Notes: generated from the sequence alone by a model not told the origin. A stretch of 64,000 nt of DNA from Nannocystis sp. ILAH1 (GCF_026626585.1 NZ_JAPNKD010000018.1:75718-139717); one strand, 5' to 3'. Positions 8,908-19,129 are shown, numbered from the stretch's first letter. Translations and numbers: made by a program.

Positions 8908-11900
8908 ATGGTGCTTGACTCGGATGCCTCCGCCGGCCGCTCGGGCAGGATGCACGTGCTCGCCGGTGGCGGCGAGATGGGCGCGCGCATGCGGGAGATC
9001 GACTGGGCGAAGACGCCGCTCGGTCCCGTCGACACCTGGCCGCAGAGCCTCAAGACCTGCGTGCGAATCATCCTGACCTCGCTCCAGCCGATGTTCGTCT
9101 GGTGGGGCGACGAGCTCATCAACCTGTACAACGACGCCTACAAGTCGATCGTCGGCGGCAAGCACCCGGAGGCGCTCGGCCAGCCCGCCTCCGTCGTATG
9201 GCGCGAGATCTGGGATCAGGTCGGGCCGCGCGCCGCGTCGGCGATGCGCCTCAACGAGGGCACCTACGATGAGGCGCTGCTGCTGATCATGGAGCGCTAT
9301 GGCTACCCGGAGGAGACGTACTACACGTTCTCCTACAGTCCGGTGCCGAACGATCAGGGCGGGACCGGCGGGATCATCTGCGCCAACACCGACGATACGC
9401 AGCGGATCATCGGCGAGCGCCAGCTCTCGCTGCTGCGCGAGCTGGCGGCGCGCACGACCGAGGCGCGCACGTGGGAAGAGGTGTGCGTCCGCGGCGCGGC
9501 GTCGCTGCAGACCAACCCGAAGGACCTGCCGTTCGCGCTGATCTACATCGCCGACGCCGACCGGCGCCGCGTACAGCTCGCGGGAGCGGCCGGGCTCCCG
9601 CGCGGCCACGCCGGCGCGCCGGAGGTCGCGTCGACGCTCGAGGACTCCGTGTGGCCGTTCGCCGAGGCGCTCCACGGGCACGAGCGCGTCGTCGAGATAC
9701 CGCCTGTCCTCGGGGACATCCCCGCCGGCGCCTGGCCGCGGCCGCCGACGCACGCGGTCGCCCTGCCGATCGCCCCGTCGGGGGAGACCGGTCGCGCCGG
9801 GGTCCTGCTCGTCGGCCTGAGCCCGTTCCGCAAGCTCGACGACAACTACCGCGGGTTCTTGCAGCTGGTCGCCGGGCAGCTCGCGGCCAGCATCGCCAAC
9901 GCGCAGGCCTACGAGGAGGAGCGGCGGCGGGCCGAGGCGCTCGCCGAGCTCGATCGCGCCAAGACGATCTTCTTCAGCAACGTCAGCCACGAGTTCCGCA
10001 CCCCGCTGACGCTGATGCTCGGCCCGCTCGAGGACGCGCTCTCGGCGGCCAAGCGCCGGCTCGAGGGCGCCGACCTCGACACCGCGTACCGCAACGCAGT
10101 CCGCCTGCTCAAGCTCGTCAACGTCCTGCTCGACTTCTCGCGCATCGAGGCCGGCCGGATCCAGGCGTCGTACGAGCCGACCGACTTGGCGGCGCTGACG
10201 ACCGACCTGGCGAGCGCATTCCGCTCGGCTGTCGAGCGCGCGGGGCTCGTGTTCGACGTCGACTGCCCGCCGCTGTCCGAGCCGATCCACGTCGACCACG
10301 ACATGTGGGAGAAGATCGTGCTCAACCTGCTGTCGAACGCGCTCAAGTTCACGTTCGAGGGCACGATCGCGGTCGCGTTGCGCCTGCACGGCGACCGCGT
10401 CGAGCTGACCGTCCGGGACACCGGCACCGGCATCCCGGAGCACGAGCTGTCGCACCTGTTCCGCCGCTTTCACCGGGTCCAGGGCGCGCGCTCGCGGACC
10501 CACGAGGGCTCGGGGATCGGGCTCGCGCTGGTCCACGAGCTCGTGCGCCTGCACGAGGGGACGATCCACGCCACCAGCGAGGTCGGCGTCGGCACGACGT
10601 TCACGGTCACGATCCCTCGCGGCCACGCGCACCTGCCCGCCGAAAAGATCAACGTCCGCCGCACGCAGCTATCGTCCGCGGCTGGCGCGGCGCCGTACGT
10701 GCAGGAGGCGCTGCGCTGGCTCGCGGGCCCGCAGCAAGGCGACGACGACCTCGCCGCGGACGCGCTGGTGGCGGCCTCCGACCCGGCGCTCGACGCCGGA
10801 CCGCCGGCGCGGATCTTGCTCGCCGACGACAACGCCGACATGCGCGACTACGTCGGCCGCGTGCTGCAGCAGCGGTGGATCGTCGATGCCGTCCCGGACG
10901 GCGCTGTCGCGCTCGCGGCGGCGCTGGAGAACCCGCCCGACCTCGTCTTGACCGACGTCATGATGCCGAACCTCGACGGCTTCGGTCTGCTCCGCGCGCT
11001 GCGCGAGGACCCGCGCACGCGGCGGCTCCCGGTGCTGATGCTGTCGGCGCGCGCAGGCGAGGAGTCGCGCGTCGAGGGCCTCGAGGCCGGCGCCGACGAC
11101 TACCTCGTCAAGCCGTTCTCCGCGCGCGAGCTGGTCGCCCGCGTCGCCACTCACCTGCAGATCGCCCGCCTGCGCGCCGCCGCGGAGCGCGAGCGCGAGA
11201 AGCTGTACGACCTGTTCATGCAGGCGCCCGTGCCGATCGCCGTGTTCGTCGGTCCGGAGCACCGCTACGAGGTCGCCAACCCGCCGTACTGCGAGATGCT
11301 CGGGCGTCCGGAGCTGGTGGGCAAGACCGTGCGCGAGGTGTTCCCGGAGATCGGCGAGCACGCCCTCATCACGTCTCTCGACGCAGTGCTGGCGACCGGC
11401 CAGCCCGTCCACGTGTTCGAGCTCAACATCCCGGTCCTGCGCCAGGGCGTCGTGCGGGAGGCGTACTTCAATTCTGTCGCGCAGCCGATCCGCGACGCGA
11501 GCGACGTGGTCACCGGCGCCATGGTCGTCGCCTTCGAGGTCACCGAGCAGGTGCTCGCGCGTCAACGCGTCGAGCGGCTCTCCGAGGAGCTGGCGCTCTC
11601 GAACAAGGAGCTCGACCAGTTCGCCTACGTCGCCTCGCACGACCTGAAGGCGCCGCTGCGTGGGATCGCCAGCCTGTCGCAGTGGATCGAGGAGGCGCTC
11701 GCCGACAAGCTCGACGAGGAGTCGCAGCGGCACATGCACCTGCTGCGCGGGCGCGTGCTCCGGCTCGAGACGCTGATCGACGGGATCCTCCACTACTCGC
11801 GCGCTGGCCGCGTCCGCGTCGATGCGATCACCGTCGACACCGGTCAGTTGTTGGCCGAGGTGGTCGAACTGCTGAGCCCGCCGCCCTCCGCACGGATCAC

Positions 11901-12270
11901 GATCGCCCCGGGCATGCCGACGCTGACCACCGAGCGCGTCCCGCTCCAGCAGGTGTTCCAGAACCTGATCAGCAACGCCCTGAAGCACGCGCGCCGCGAC
12001 GATGTCCACATCGCTGTCTCGTGGCGCGACGCCGGCCAACTGTACGAATTCTCGTTCCGCGACGACGGGCCGGGGATCGCGCCTGAATTCCACGAAAGGA
12101 TTTGGGGCCTGTTCCAGACGCTCGAGTCGCGTGACAAGTTCGAGGGCGCGGGGATCGGGCTGTCGGTCGTCAAGAAGATCGTCGAGAGCCGCGGAGGCAG
12201 CGTCGCCCTCGAGTCGCAACCCGGCGCAGGCGCGACGTTCCTCGTGCGCTGGCCCAAGCGCTCGGGCTGA
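8908..12270 (+). CDS. large multidomain hybrid sensor kinase: N-terminal PAS-like and GAF-like sensor, HisKA-HATPase core 1, receiver, PAS, HisKA-HATPase core 2
   Basis: ATG at 8908 after a GGGAGAA Shine-Dalgarno. Two H-boxes (SHEFRTPL and SHDLKAPL) and two ATPase G-boxes. A receiver (LLADDNADM...DVMMPNLDG) lies between them. Confidence 0.85.
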   Translation: MVLDSDASAGRSGRMHVLAGGGEMGARMREIDWAKTPLGPVDTWPQSLKTCVRIILTSLQPMFVWWGDELINLYNDAYKSIVGGKHPEALGQPASVVWREIWDQVGPRAASAMRLNEGTYDEALLLIMERYGYPEETYYTFSYSPVPNDQGGTGGIICANTDDTQRIIGERQLSLLRELAARTTEARTWEEVCVRGAASLQTNPKDLPFALIYIADADRRRVQLAGAAGLPRGHAGAPEVASTLEDSVWPFAEALHGHERVVEIPPVLGDIPAGAWPRPPTHAVALPIAPSGETGRAGVLLVGLSPFRKLDDNYRGFLQLVAGQLAASIANAQAYEEERRRAEALAELDRAKTIFFSNVSHEFRTPLTLMLGPLEDALSAAKRRLEGADLDTAYRNAVRLLKLVNVLLDFSRIEAGRIQASYEPTDLAALTTDLASAFRSAVERAGLVFDVDCPPLSEPIHVDHDMWEKIVLNLLSNALKFTFEGTIAVALRLHGDRVELTVRDTGTGIPEHELSHLFRRFHRVQGARSRTHEGSGIGLALVHELVRLHEGTIHATSEVGVGTTFTVTIPRGHAHLPAEKINVRRTQLSSAAGAAPYVQEALRWLAGPQQGDDDLAADALVAASDPALDAGPPARILLADDNADMRDYVGRVLQQRWIVDAVPDGAVALAAALENPPDLVLTDVMMPNLDGFGLLRALREDPRTRRLPVLMLSARAGEESRVEGLEAGADDYLVKPFSARELVARVATHLQIARLRAAAEREREKLYDLFMQAPVPIAVFVGPEHRYEVANPPYCEMLGRPELVGKTVREVFPEIGEHALITSLDAVLATGQPVHVFELNIPVLRQGVVREAYFNSVAQPIRDASDVVTGAMVVAFEVTEQVLARQRVERLSEELALSNKELDQFAYVASHDLKAPLRGIASLSQWIEEALADKLDEESQRHMHLLRGRVLRLETLIDGILHYSRAGRVRVDAITVDTGQLLAEVVELLSPPPSARITIAPGMPTLTTERVPLQQVFQNLISNALKHARRDDVHIAVSWRDAGQLYEFSFRDDGPGIAPEFHERIWGLFQTLESRDKFEGAGIGLSVVKKIVESRGGSVALESQPGAGATFLVRWPKRSG

Positions 12271-12358
12271 GAGCGGGCCCGGCGCGCCTTGCTTTCTTCG
12301 CCAGTCGCGTCGAAGCTGACTCTTCATCCCGCCAGAGACGGCCCTGACACGAGCCCTG

Positions 12359-12772
12359 ATGGACAACCGCGAGCTGCACATCCTTCTGGTCGATGACGAC
12401 GAGGTCGACGTCCTGACCGTCAAGCGCGCCTTCCAGCGCAACCGGCTGACCAACCCGATCCACGTCGCCAACAACGGGCTCGAGGCGCTGGACAAGCTGC
12501 GCGACGGCTCGCTCGGACCGCGCCGGCTGGTGCTGCTCGACATCAACATGCCGAAGATGAACGGCATCGAGTTCCTGCGGGCCCTCCGCGCCGACTCGGC
12601 GCTGCAGACCACGGCGGTCGTGGTGCTGACGACCTCGAACGAGGAGCGCGACAAGATCGACGCGTTCAAGCTCAACGTCGCCGGCTACCTGCTCAAGCCG
12701 GTCACGTTCGGCAACTTCATCGACCTGATGGCGACGCTCAACAAGTACTGGACCCTGGTCGAGATGCCGTGA
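12359..12772 (+). CDS. single-domain response regulator (receiver only, Rcp1-like)
   Basis: ILLVDDDEVD...LLDINMPKMNG...K receiver motifs. 137 aa. Confidence 0.85.
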   Translation: MDNRELHILLVDDDEVDVLTVKRAFQRNRLTNPIHVANNGLEALDKLRDGSLGPRRLVLLDINMPKMNGIEFLRALRADSALQTTAVVVLTTSNEERDKIDAFKLNVAGYLLKPVTFGNFIDLMATLNKYWTLVEMP

Positions 12773-14268
12773 CCCCGCCTCCCCCCGAGCAGGAGAATGT
12801 TTCGAGCCCGCGCCCCGGCGAGCCGGTGCGCGTGCTGGTGATCGACGACGACGAGCTCGACCGCGAGCTGGTCCGTCGAGCCTTTGCCAGGTCCGGCCTC
12901 GAGGTCACGCTGGTCGAGGAGGACGACCCGATCGCCGCGCTCGCGCGCCTGCGCCGGTCGCCGGTCGAGGTCGTGGTGCTCGACTATCAATTCCCGCGTC
13001 ACGACGGCCTGGTCGTGCTCCGCGGGCTGCGAGAGCTCGACGTGTTCATGCCGGCGATCGTGCTCACCGGGCACGAGGACACCGCGCTGGCGGTCGAGCT
13101 GATGAAGAACGGGGCCGTCGACTACATCGCCAAGGGCGCGCTGACGCCTCAGCGGCTTGGGCAGAGCGTCCGCCACGCGCTGCGCCTGCGCGCGTCGGAG
13201 CTGGCGACCCGCGCGGCGCAGGAGGCCCTGCGCGCGAGCGAGGAGTTCAGCCGGCGGATCCTCGAGTCGAGCCACGACGGCATCGTCGTGCTCGACCTCG
13301 AGGGGCGCATGCTGTCGATCAGCCCCGGCGGACTGCGCATGCTCGGCGCCGCCGAGCCCGGCCAGCTCCGCGGCCGCCCGTGGGTCGAGCTGTGGAGCAG
13401 CGCGCACCGCCAGGAGGTCGCCGAGGCGCTCGCCACGGCGCGCGCCGGCAAGGTCGGTCGGCTCGTCGGGCGCGGGCCGACGCTCGACGGCGCGCCGGTG
13501 TGGTGGGACGTCATCGTCTCGCCGGTGCTCGACGCGAGCGGCAAGCCGGAGCGGCTGGTCGCCACTGCGCGTGACGTCACCGAGCAGCGACGCCAGGCGG
13601 AGTTCGAGCAGCAGCTGATCGGGATCGTCAGCCACGACCTGCGCAACCCGCTGTCGGCGATGCTGTACGGCGCCACGTTGATGGCCGAGACCCTGTCGCC
13701 CGACTCGCCGCATGCCGACGTCGTGCAGCGGATCGTCCGCAGCGGCGAGCGTGCGAGCCGGTTGATCCGCGACCTGCTCGACTTCACGCAGGTGCGCGCG
13801 AGCGGACGGCTCCCGATCGATCCCCAGCCGGTCGAGATCCACGAGGTGTGCCGGCACGTCGTCGACGAGATGGCGCTCAACCATCCCGACCGAATCATCG
13901 TCCACCAGGCCGAGGGCGACGGCCAAGGCCGCTGGGACCCCGATCGGCTCGCCCAGGCGGTCGGCAACCTCGTCCGCAACGCGCTCAGCTACGGGCTCCC
14001 CGGCACGCCGGTCACCGTCCGCAGCGTCGGCCATGGAACGCGCGCGCAGGTGCTCGTCCACAACGACGGCCCGCCCATCCCGCCGGAGTCGATCTCGTCG
14101 CTGTTCCAACCGTTCCGCCGCGGCGAGCAGCGCCTCGATCGCGAGCGAAGCATCGGCCTCGGCCTGTTCATCGTCCGCGAGATCGTCGACGCGCACGGCG
14201 GTTACGTGGCCGTACACTCGGCCGCGGGCGAAGGGACGACCTTCAACATCGACCTGCCGCGCCCGTAG
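12769..14268 (+). CDS. hybrid histidine kinase (receiver-PAS-HisKA-HATPase_c)
   Basis: The GTG start overlaps the upstream stop (GTGA). Receiver VLVIDDDELD...VLDYQFPRHDG. H-box VSHDLRNPL. G-box GLGLFIVREIV. Confidence 0.8.
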   Translation: MTPPPPEQENVSSPRPGEPVRVLVIDDDELDRELVRRAFARSGLEVTLVEEDDPIAALARLRRSPVEVVVLDYQFPRHDGLVVLRGLRELDVFMPAIVLTGHEDTALAVELMKNGAVDYIAKGALTPQRLGQSVRHALRLRASELATRAAQEALRASEEFSRRILESSHDGIVVLDLEGRMLSISPGGLRMLGAAEPGQLRGRPWVELWSSAHRQEVAEALATARAGKVGRLVGRGPTLDGAPVWWDVIVSPVLDASGKPERLVATARDVTEQRRQAEFEQQLIGIVSHDLRNPLSAMLYGATLMAETLSPDSPHADVVQRIVRSGERASRLIRDLLDFTQVRASGRLPIDPQPVEIHEVCRHVVDEMALNHPDRIIVHQAEGDGQGRWDPDRLAQAVGNLVRNALSYGLPGTPVTVRSVGHGTRAQVLVHNDGPPIPPESISSLFQPFRRGEQRLDRERSIGLGLFIVREIVDAHGGYVAVHSAAGEGTTFNIDLPRP

Positions 14269-14373
14269 GCAACGGCCGCTGGCCCGCGCCAGCTCCGGCC
14301 GGGCCGCGTCGAACCGGAGCACGATGTTTTGGCGGCCGCCATCGGCCGCGCGAACGGGTACCTTCGAGGGGTG

Positions 14374-16236
14374 ATGCGCAAGCTTCGCTCCTCGCTCTGC
14401 GGTCTCCTCGTGTGCGCCTGCGGCGGCGCCGATCCCGAGCGTCCCGCGGACGTCGCCGACGCGCCGAATCCGGCCGCTGCGGCCGGGCCCGTCGAAGCGC
14501 CGTGGATCGAGAGCCCCGCGCGCACATTCCCGGCGACCGCGATCGATCGCCGCGAAGCGCCGGTCTTCGGCCACCTGCTCCTCCCGCGACCCGCGGCGTG
14601 GCTCGCGGAGCTCGGCGAGCAGGTGCTGCCGCCGCGCATGAGCGGCCTGGCGACGCCGGCCGGGCTGCTCGGGTTCGTCGTGCTGTCGACCGGGCTGCCG
14701 CCGGCTCTGGCCGAACATGCCGATCTCGAGCGACCGTTCGGCTGCGTCGTCGGCGAGCTTTCGCCCGCGCCGCGGGTGGCCTGCTCGCTGGGTTACCGCG
14801 GCGGGGCCCTCCAGTTCACGACCGACGTCGGGGCCCGCCAGGCCGGCGCGAGCGGTCACGTCGCCGAGTTCGAGGTCGGTGGCTACCCCGTGTTCATCGA
14901 CGCGATCGGCGGCGACGTCGTCTTGAGCGTCGAGACCGGCTTCTTCGCGGAGGTCGACGAATACATCGAGTCGGCGCTGGTCGGGCGCGCCGACGCGGTC
15001 CGCAGCGACCTCGAGTTCGTGGTGTTCTCCGAGCACCTGTACGCGCGCCATGGCGACACGCTCCTGGCGCTCGCCGACGTCCCCGAAGACAAGCTGGCCA
15101 CCGGCCTGCTGAACGCCACCAGCGAGTCCGAGCGCCGCCTGTGGGAGATGCGGATCGAGGCCGAGCGTCGCAACGACCGCGCGGCGATGCAGAAGTTCGG
15201 CGAATACGTGCAGGTGACCGGGTTCGTCGATCTCGACCGCGGCCGGCTCTCTCTCGGCGCGCAGCTGATCCCGCGGGTCGGCGGTCGCTTCCCGGCGGAC
15301 AGCCTGACGCGCGGGCGCAGCCTCGATCCGGAGCTCCTCGCCGGTCTGCCGCGCGAGGTGGTGGCGCTGGTGGCCTACGACATCGACCCGTGGGCGACCG
15401 TCGGCATCAATCGCTACACCTCGGGGCCGATCACCGAGGACGACGTGCGCAACGCGATCGCCAGCCTCGCCGCGCTGTGGGCGGCCGTCAACGACAGCTC
15501 GGCCAGCGCGGCCGAGGTCGCGCTGAACCGTCACTTCCTCGAGGATCGCGCGCTGTACGGCGGCTCGGCCGCGTGGGCGATGCTCGATCATCCGGGCACA
15601 CCCTTGACCGTGGTCGGCATCCGGCGCCTCGCGCCCGGGCAGTCGGGCCGCGCGTCGTGGCTCGCCTGGACCGAAAACATGCAGTCAGGGGTGCTCCGCA
15701 GCGACCTGGCGAAGAGCTTCGCGTGGTCGTTCGTCCCGGGTGCATGGAGCCTCGACGGCGCCGAGGTCGATCGCTGGACCATTCGCGCGGTCCATGCCCG
15801 GGCGCTCGCCGAGATCGCAGCGATCGATCCGGCGCTCGCCTCGATCGCGCGTGAGGGGGTCGCCATCGACCGCGTCGAGCGCGACGGCTACGCCTACTTC
15901 GTCGTCGCCCCCGGCGCCGAGGAGGCGGTGCTGCGGCGGGTGTTCGCGGCGCGAGGCGGCGAGCACCGGCTCGGCGACGAGCCGCGGTTCAAGTCGCTGC
16001 GAGCCCGCGACCCCGAGGCGTTCATGCTGTTCGGCTTCGACCTCGCCCGGCTCCGCGGAGCGCTCGCCGCCCAGCCCAACCTGGTCCGGGCGCTCGACAT
16101 GCAGAAGCTCGTCGAAGCCGACATCGGCGAGGCGCTCGACGACTTTCTGATGTCCTGCGGCGAGACCGAGCAAGGGCTCGCCCGCGGCGAACTGGTCATG
16201 GGCCCCGGGTTGCTGCGCGCGCTGCGTGCCCTCTAG
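14374..16236 (+). CDS. hypothetical lipoprotein or secreted protein, 620 aa
   Basis: N-terminus MRKLRSSLCGLLVCACGG is signal-peptide/lipobox-like. No recognisable catalytic motif. Confidence 0.6.
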   Translation: MRKLRSSLCGLLVCACGGADPERPADVADAPNPAAAAGPVEAPWIESPARTFPATAIDRREAPVFGHLLLPRPAAWLAELGEQVLPPRMSGLATPAGLLGFVVLSTGLPPALAEHADLERPFGCVVGELSPAPRVACSLGYRGGALQFTTDVGARQAGASGHVAEFEVGGYPVFIDAIGGDVVLSVETGFFAEVDEYIESALVGRADAVRSDLEFVVFSEHLYARHGDTLLALADVPEDKLATGLLNATSESERRLWEMRIEAERRNDRAAMQKFGEYVQVTGFVDLDRGRLSLGAQLIPRVGGRFPADSLTRGRSLDPELLAGLPREVVALVAYDIDPWATVGINRYTSGPITEDDVRNAIASLAALWAAVNDSSASAAEVALNRHFLEDRALYGGSAAWAMLDHPGTPLTVVGIRRLAPGQSGRASWLAWTENMQSGVLRSDLAKSFAWSFVPGAWSLDGAEVDRWTIRAVHARALAEIAAIDPALASIAREGVAIDRVERDGYAYFVVAPGAEEAVLRRVFAARGGEHRLGDEPRFKSLRARDPEAFMLFGFDLARLRGALAAQPNLVRALDMQKLVEADIGEALDDFLMSCGETEQGLARGELVMGPGLLRALRAL

Positions 16237-16307
16237 ATCGCCGGCCTGTCCCCACCGAAAGCACGACAACGAGCGTGCGTTCGAGCGGTGGAGCGGTCGC
16301 CGACGAC

Positions 16308-16334
16308 GACCTGGCGTCGATTCGACGCCAGGTC
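16308..16334. terminator. perfect 13-bp hairpin (GACCTGGCGTCGA-T-TCGACGCCAGGTC) between convergent genes. No U-tract. Possible bidirectional terminator.
   Basis: Direct reading. It lies between the gene ends at 16236 and 16345. Confidence 0.4.
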
Positions 16335-16344
16335 CCGCGGGCAT

Positions 16345-17004
16345 TCAGGCGGCGGCGAGCTGGGGGTCGAGGGCGAGGCGGGAGTGAACGCGCTGCAGCA
16401 GCGCGGCTTCGTCGGCGGAGACCTCGCCGTCGGCGCCGGCGATGGCCTCGAGGTAGCGGTAGACGGCCAGCTTCTGCGGCTCGTCGAGGACCTGCGCGAG
16501 TACGCCGGCCAGGTCGACCGGGTCCGGGAGGTCCTTCGGCCGCTGCAGCAGGCGCAGCAGCGCGTCGGCCTCGAAGTCTTCGAACAGGTTGGCGCCGATC
16601 CGGATCGCCGTGCTCACCTCGTCGCGCTCGATCTTGCCGTCGGCGGCGATCATCGCCGCGGCGAGGCCGTACGCGATGTGCACGATGCTCAAGCCGGCGT
16701 CGTCGGGCGGGATGCCGGCCTCCGCGAGCGCTTTGCGGACGGCCGCCGGATCGGGGCTCAGGACGGCGCCGCGGAAGACCCCGTAGACCAGCAGGAACGG
16801 GTTTATCACAAGCGCTGTGATGCTGAACCAACCGACCACGGCGGACAGGCCGACCTCCTTGAAGATCGACTTGCGCACGCACGAACGGCAGCCGATGAAC
16901 TTCTTGGTGCCGATCTGATATGCGATGAGAAACCCGCGGACATAGGGTAGGGTGGCTAGGGTGTCGAGCTCGCGTTCCTGGCACGTGGGGCAGCGGTGGG
17001 CCAT
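16345..17004 (-). CDS. zinc-ribbon/TM/TerB-like domain protein
   Basis: ATG at 17004 after a perfect AGGAGGA Shine-Dalgarno. N-terminal CPTC..C..C ribbon, then a hydrophobic segment, then a C-terminal region resembling the TerB-type domain. Confidence 0.65.
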   Translation of the reverse strand: MAHRCPTCQERELDTLATLPYVRGFLIAYQIGTKKFIGCRSCVRKSIFKEVGLSAVVGWFSITALVINPFLLVYGVFRGAVLSPDPAAVRKALAEAGIPPDDAGLSIVHIAYGLAAAMIAADGKIERDEVSTAIRIGANLFEDFEADALLRLLQRPKDLPDPVDLAGVLAQVLDEPQKLAVYRYLEAIAGADGEVSADEAALLQRVHSRLALDPQLAAA

Positions 17005-17304
17005 GTCATCCTCCTGTCTCTCGGACAGCGCCTCGAACTGTACCAGACTGGACCAGGGCGCCGGCATGGCACCGACTTGCGAATCTGCGTGCAAACGCCG
17101 TTCGGTTCGATCAGGGCGAGGCGCTCGGACTGGAGGGGGCCCCGCTGGCCAGGGCGGAGCATCGGCCCGCCGACGCGGGAGGGGTCCTCGTCCTGATGGT
17201 CTTACTGACGCACGCAGTATGATCGGCGACCCGGCCTGCCGGTCCATGTCGCCGCTGAGGATGGAGGGCGGGGGGCCGTCGTCGCAGTCGTCCGGGCCGT
17301 CGCA

Positions 17305-17962
17305 CTACGGCTCGAACGCCTGCGTCCATTGCAGGATGTAGGCGTCCCCGTAGCCCGCAGGCACCTCCGCGTGGGCGCCGGGGGTGGCGAAGCCTTCGGT
17401 GGAATTGGTCCCACCGGCGACGTGGAGGAGCCGGTCGGCGACATCGATGGTGATGCCGCCGCATGACTCGTTGTAACCCGTGATGTGGCCGTAATAGCTG
17501 CCCCACTGCCGCTCGCCGAGATCGTCGAACTTGGCGACGAAGAGCACGGGGGATTCGGCGGGGTACCAGGCGGGTGGTGTGGTCAAGAACGCGTCGGGGG
17601 TGGCGATCCCGTCCGACGAGTTGGACTTCCCGCAGACGTACAGTCCGCCCGCGGCGTCGCTCGTGATCGCGTCCGCCGAGTCCGGCTCGCTGCCGCCGTA
17701 ATAGGTGCCCCACAGTCGCGTCCCTCCCGCGTCGAAGCGGGCGAGGAAGGCGTCGGAGTAGCCGTCGCGGGTGTCCTGGAACGCGCCTGCGCTGGCGATA
17801 CCGTCGGCCGATTGAGTGGAGCCGGCGAGCACCACGCCGCCCTGCGGCAGCGCCGTCAGGTCGGGCCACGCCGCAAAGGACGGCGAAGCCGGCGATCGCC
17901 GGGATGATGGAGAAAATACGCCGCCGGTCGGCGCTTGCTTGGAATGATCGGATGTCGTGCAT
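17305..17962 (-). CDS. SBBP beta-propeller repeat protein with an apparent frameshift. The signal peptide is in one frame (MHDIRSFQASADRRRIFSIIPAIAGFAVLCG, ATG at 17962). The SBBP repeats are in the -1 frame from about 17877.
   Basis: The repeats WGTYYGGSEPDSADAITSDAAGGLYVCG and WGSYYGHITGYNESCGGITID are typical SBBP (PF06739). The only plausible secretion signal lies upstream in another frame. Confidence 0.5.
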
Positions 17963-18382
17963 GGTGCTCTCATTTCTGCCCTGATGGGCCGGCTGGTCGC
18001 CGCGGCGCACGCGAATGTGCAGATCCGGGGCGGTGGTGACTCGGGTGTCCATGCACGCGGACGACCACGCAGATTCGATTGTGATCTCGGAGATCTCGGC
18101 GACCGATCAGCGCCGGGCGGGGGGACGGCGCTGGCACACGTGCCGGCACGTGTCGGCACCAGGAGCCGGCGCATGAATCGTCGATGGCCCTTCGAGCTGT
18201 CCGAAGGGCCCTGAGGGACCTCGCGACCAGACAGCGTCGCGGGGTGCTCGATTTCGCGGCTGCCTATGCCCTCATGGAGAGCGTGAGCAGGAACTTCCGA
18301 GACTGGGACGTCGAGCAAGTATGGCCGCTACCGCCCTCAGTGCAGGAGCGATTGGCACTGGCGATATTGACCGGACCGGTCC

Positions 18383-19129
18383 TCAATAGACGTACTGCAG
18401 CAGCTCCGGCCAGCCGTCGAGCTCGAGCTTGACCGGCGAGGGCATGAGCTGCTGCAGGGGCGTCAAGTCGACGATGCGCTGCTCCGTGATGAACGCCTCG
18501 CATGCGTCGCCCATGGCGTCGTGGTGGACCCGCACCAGCAGGATGTCGGTGTCGAGCACGATCCCGGCGAAGCACAGGGTGAAGTCGTGCATGGTGCACC
18601 CGCCGCTGTAGCCGACGTCGAGCACGAGGTCGTCGCCGACGACCTTGGCCGCATCGATGGCGAACATGTCGCCTTCGCCGAGGTCCACGCAGCTCGGTAG
18701 AGCCTCGCCGCCGGTGTCGCCGGTGGTCGTGGAGCCGTCGCTGGTGGTCGTGGAGCCGTCGCTGGTGGCCGTGGAGCCGTCGCTGGTGGCCGTCGAGCCG
18801 GTGTCCGTATCGGTCGAATCGACGCTCGTCGACCCGGCGCTCGTCGATCCGGCGCTCGTCGACCCGCTGCCGGTCGTCGTGTCGAAGCCCGTGGTCGGGG
18901 TGCAGCGGTTACACTGCCAGGTGCCCTCGGCCGAGCATTCGCACGTCGAGCAGTCACCCTCGCCGGACTTCGTGTCGCCGGGAGTGCATTGCGGCGCGTC
19001 GGTCGAGGTGCCGGTCGAATCGCCGGTGGACGCGGTGTCGCTGCCGCCCTTGCTCGGCCCGCACGCGAGGGAGAGCGATGCTGCGAAGGCGGCCGCAGAG
19101 AGCAGTCGAGAAGCGAGGTTCAAGTTCAT
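18383..19129 (-). CDS. lipoprotein with a Ser/Thr/Asp-rich repeat linker and a Cys-containing C-terminal domain
   Basis: ATG at 19129. Signal and lipobox MNLNLASRLLSAAAFAASLSLAC. GSTSA and STATSDG repeats. Confidence 0.7.
   Translation of the reverse strand: MNLNLASRLLSAAAFAASLSLACGPSKGGSDTASTGDSTGTSTDAPQCTPGDTKSGEGDCSTCECSAEGTWQCNRCTPTTGFDTTTGSGSTSAGSTSAGSTSVDSTDTDTGSTATSDGSTATSDGSTTTSDGSTTTGDTGGEALPSCVDLGEGDMFAIDAAKVVGDDLVLDVGYSGGCTMHDFTLCFAGIVLDTDILLVRVHHDAMGDACEAFITEQRIVDLTPLQQLMPSPVKLELDGWPELLQYVY
18722..18872. repeat. tandem 21-nt (GTGGAGCCGTCGCTGGTGGTC, 3-4 copies) and 15-nt (GGCGCTCGTCGACCC, 3 copies) repeats within the lipoprotein linker
   Basis: Direct reading. Confidence 0.75.

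Noticed and set aside
16996-17010. 13-mer TGGGCCATGTCAT at the TerB start codon matching the 57517 repeat. A similar GAAGGACACGTCATGCC lies at the PAAR start (62665-62681).
   Set aside because: Each is a ribosome-binding site plus ATG context. A single 13-mer match in 64 kb is within chance expectation, and they lack the second palindrome arm.
18184-18432. 82-aa plus-strand ORF in the intergenic region upstream of the SBBP gene.
   Set aside because: No translational signals and no motifs. It partly overlaps the 3' end of the 18383-19129 lipoprotein on the other strand.
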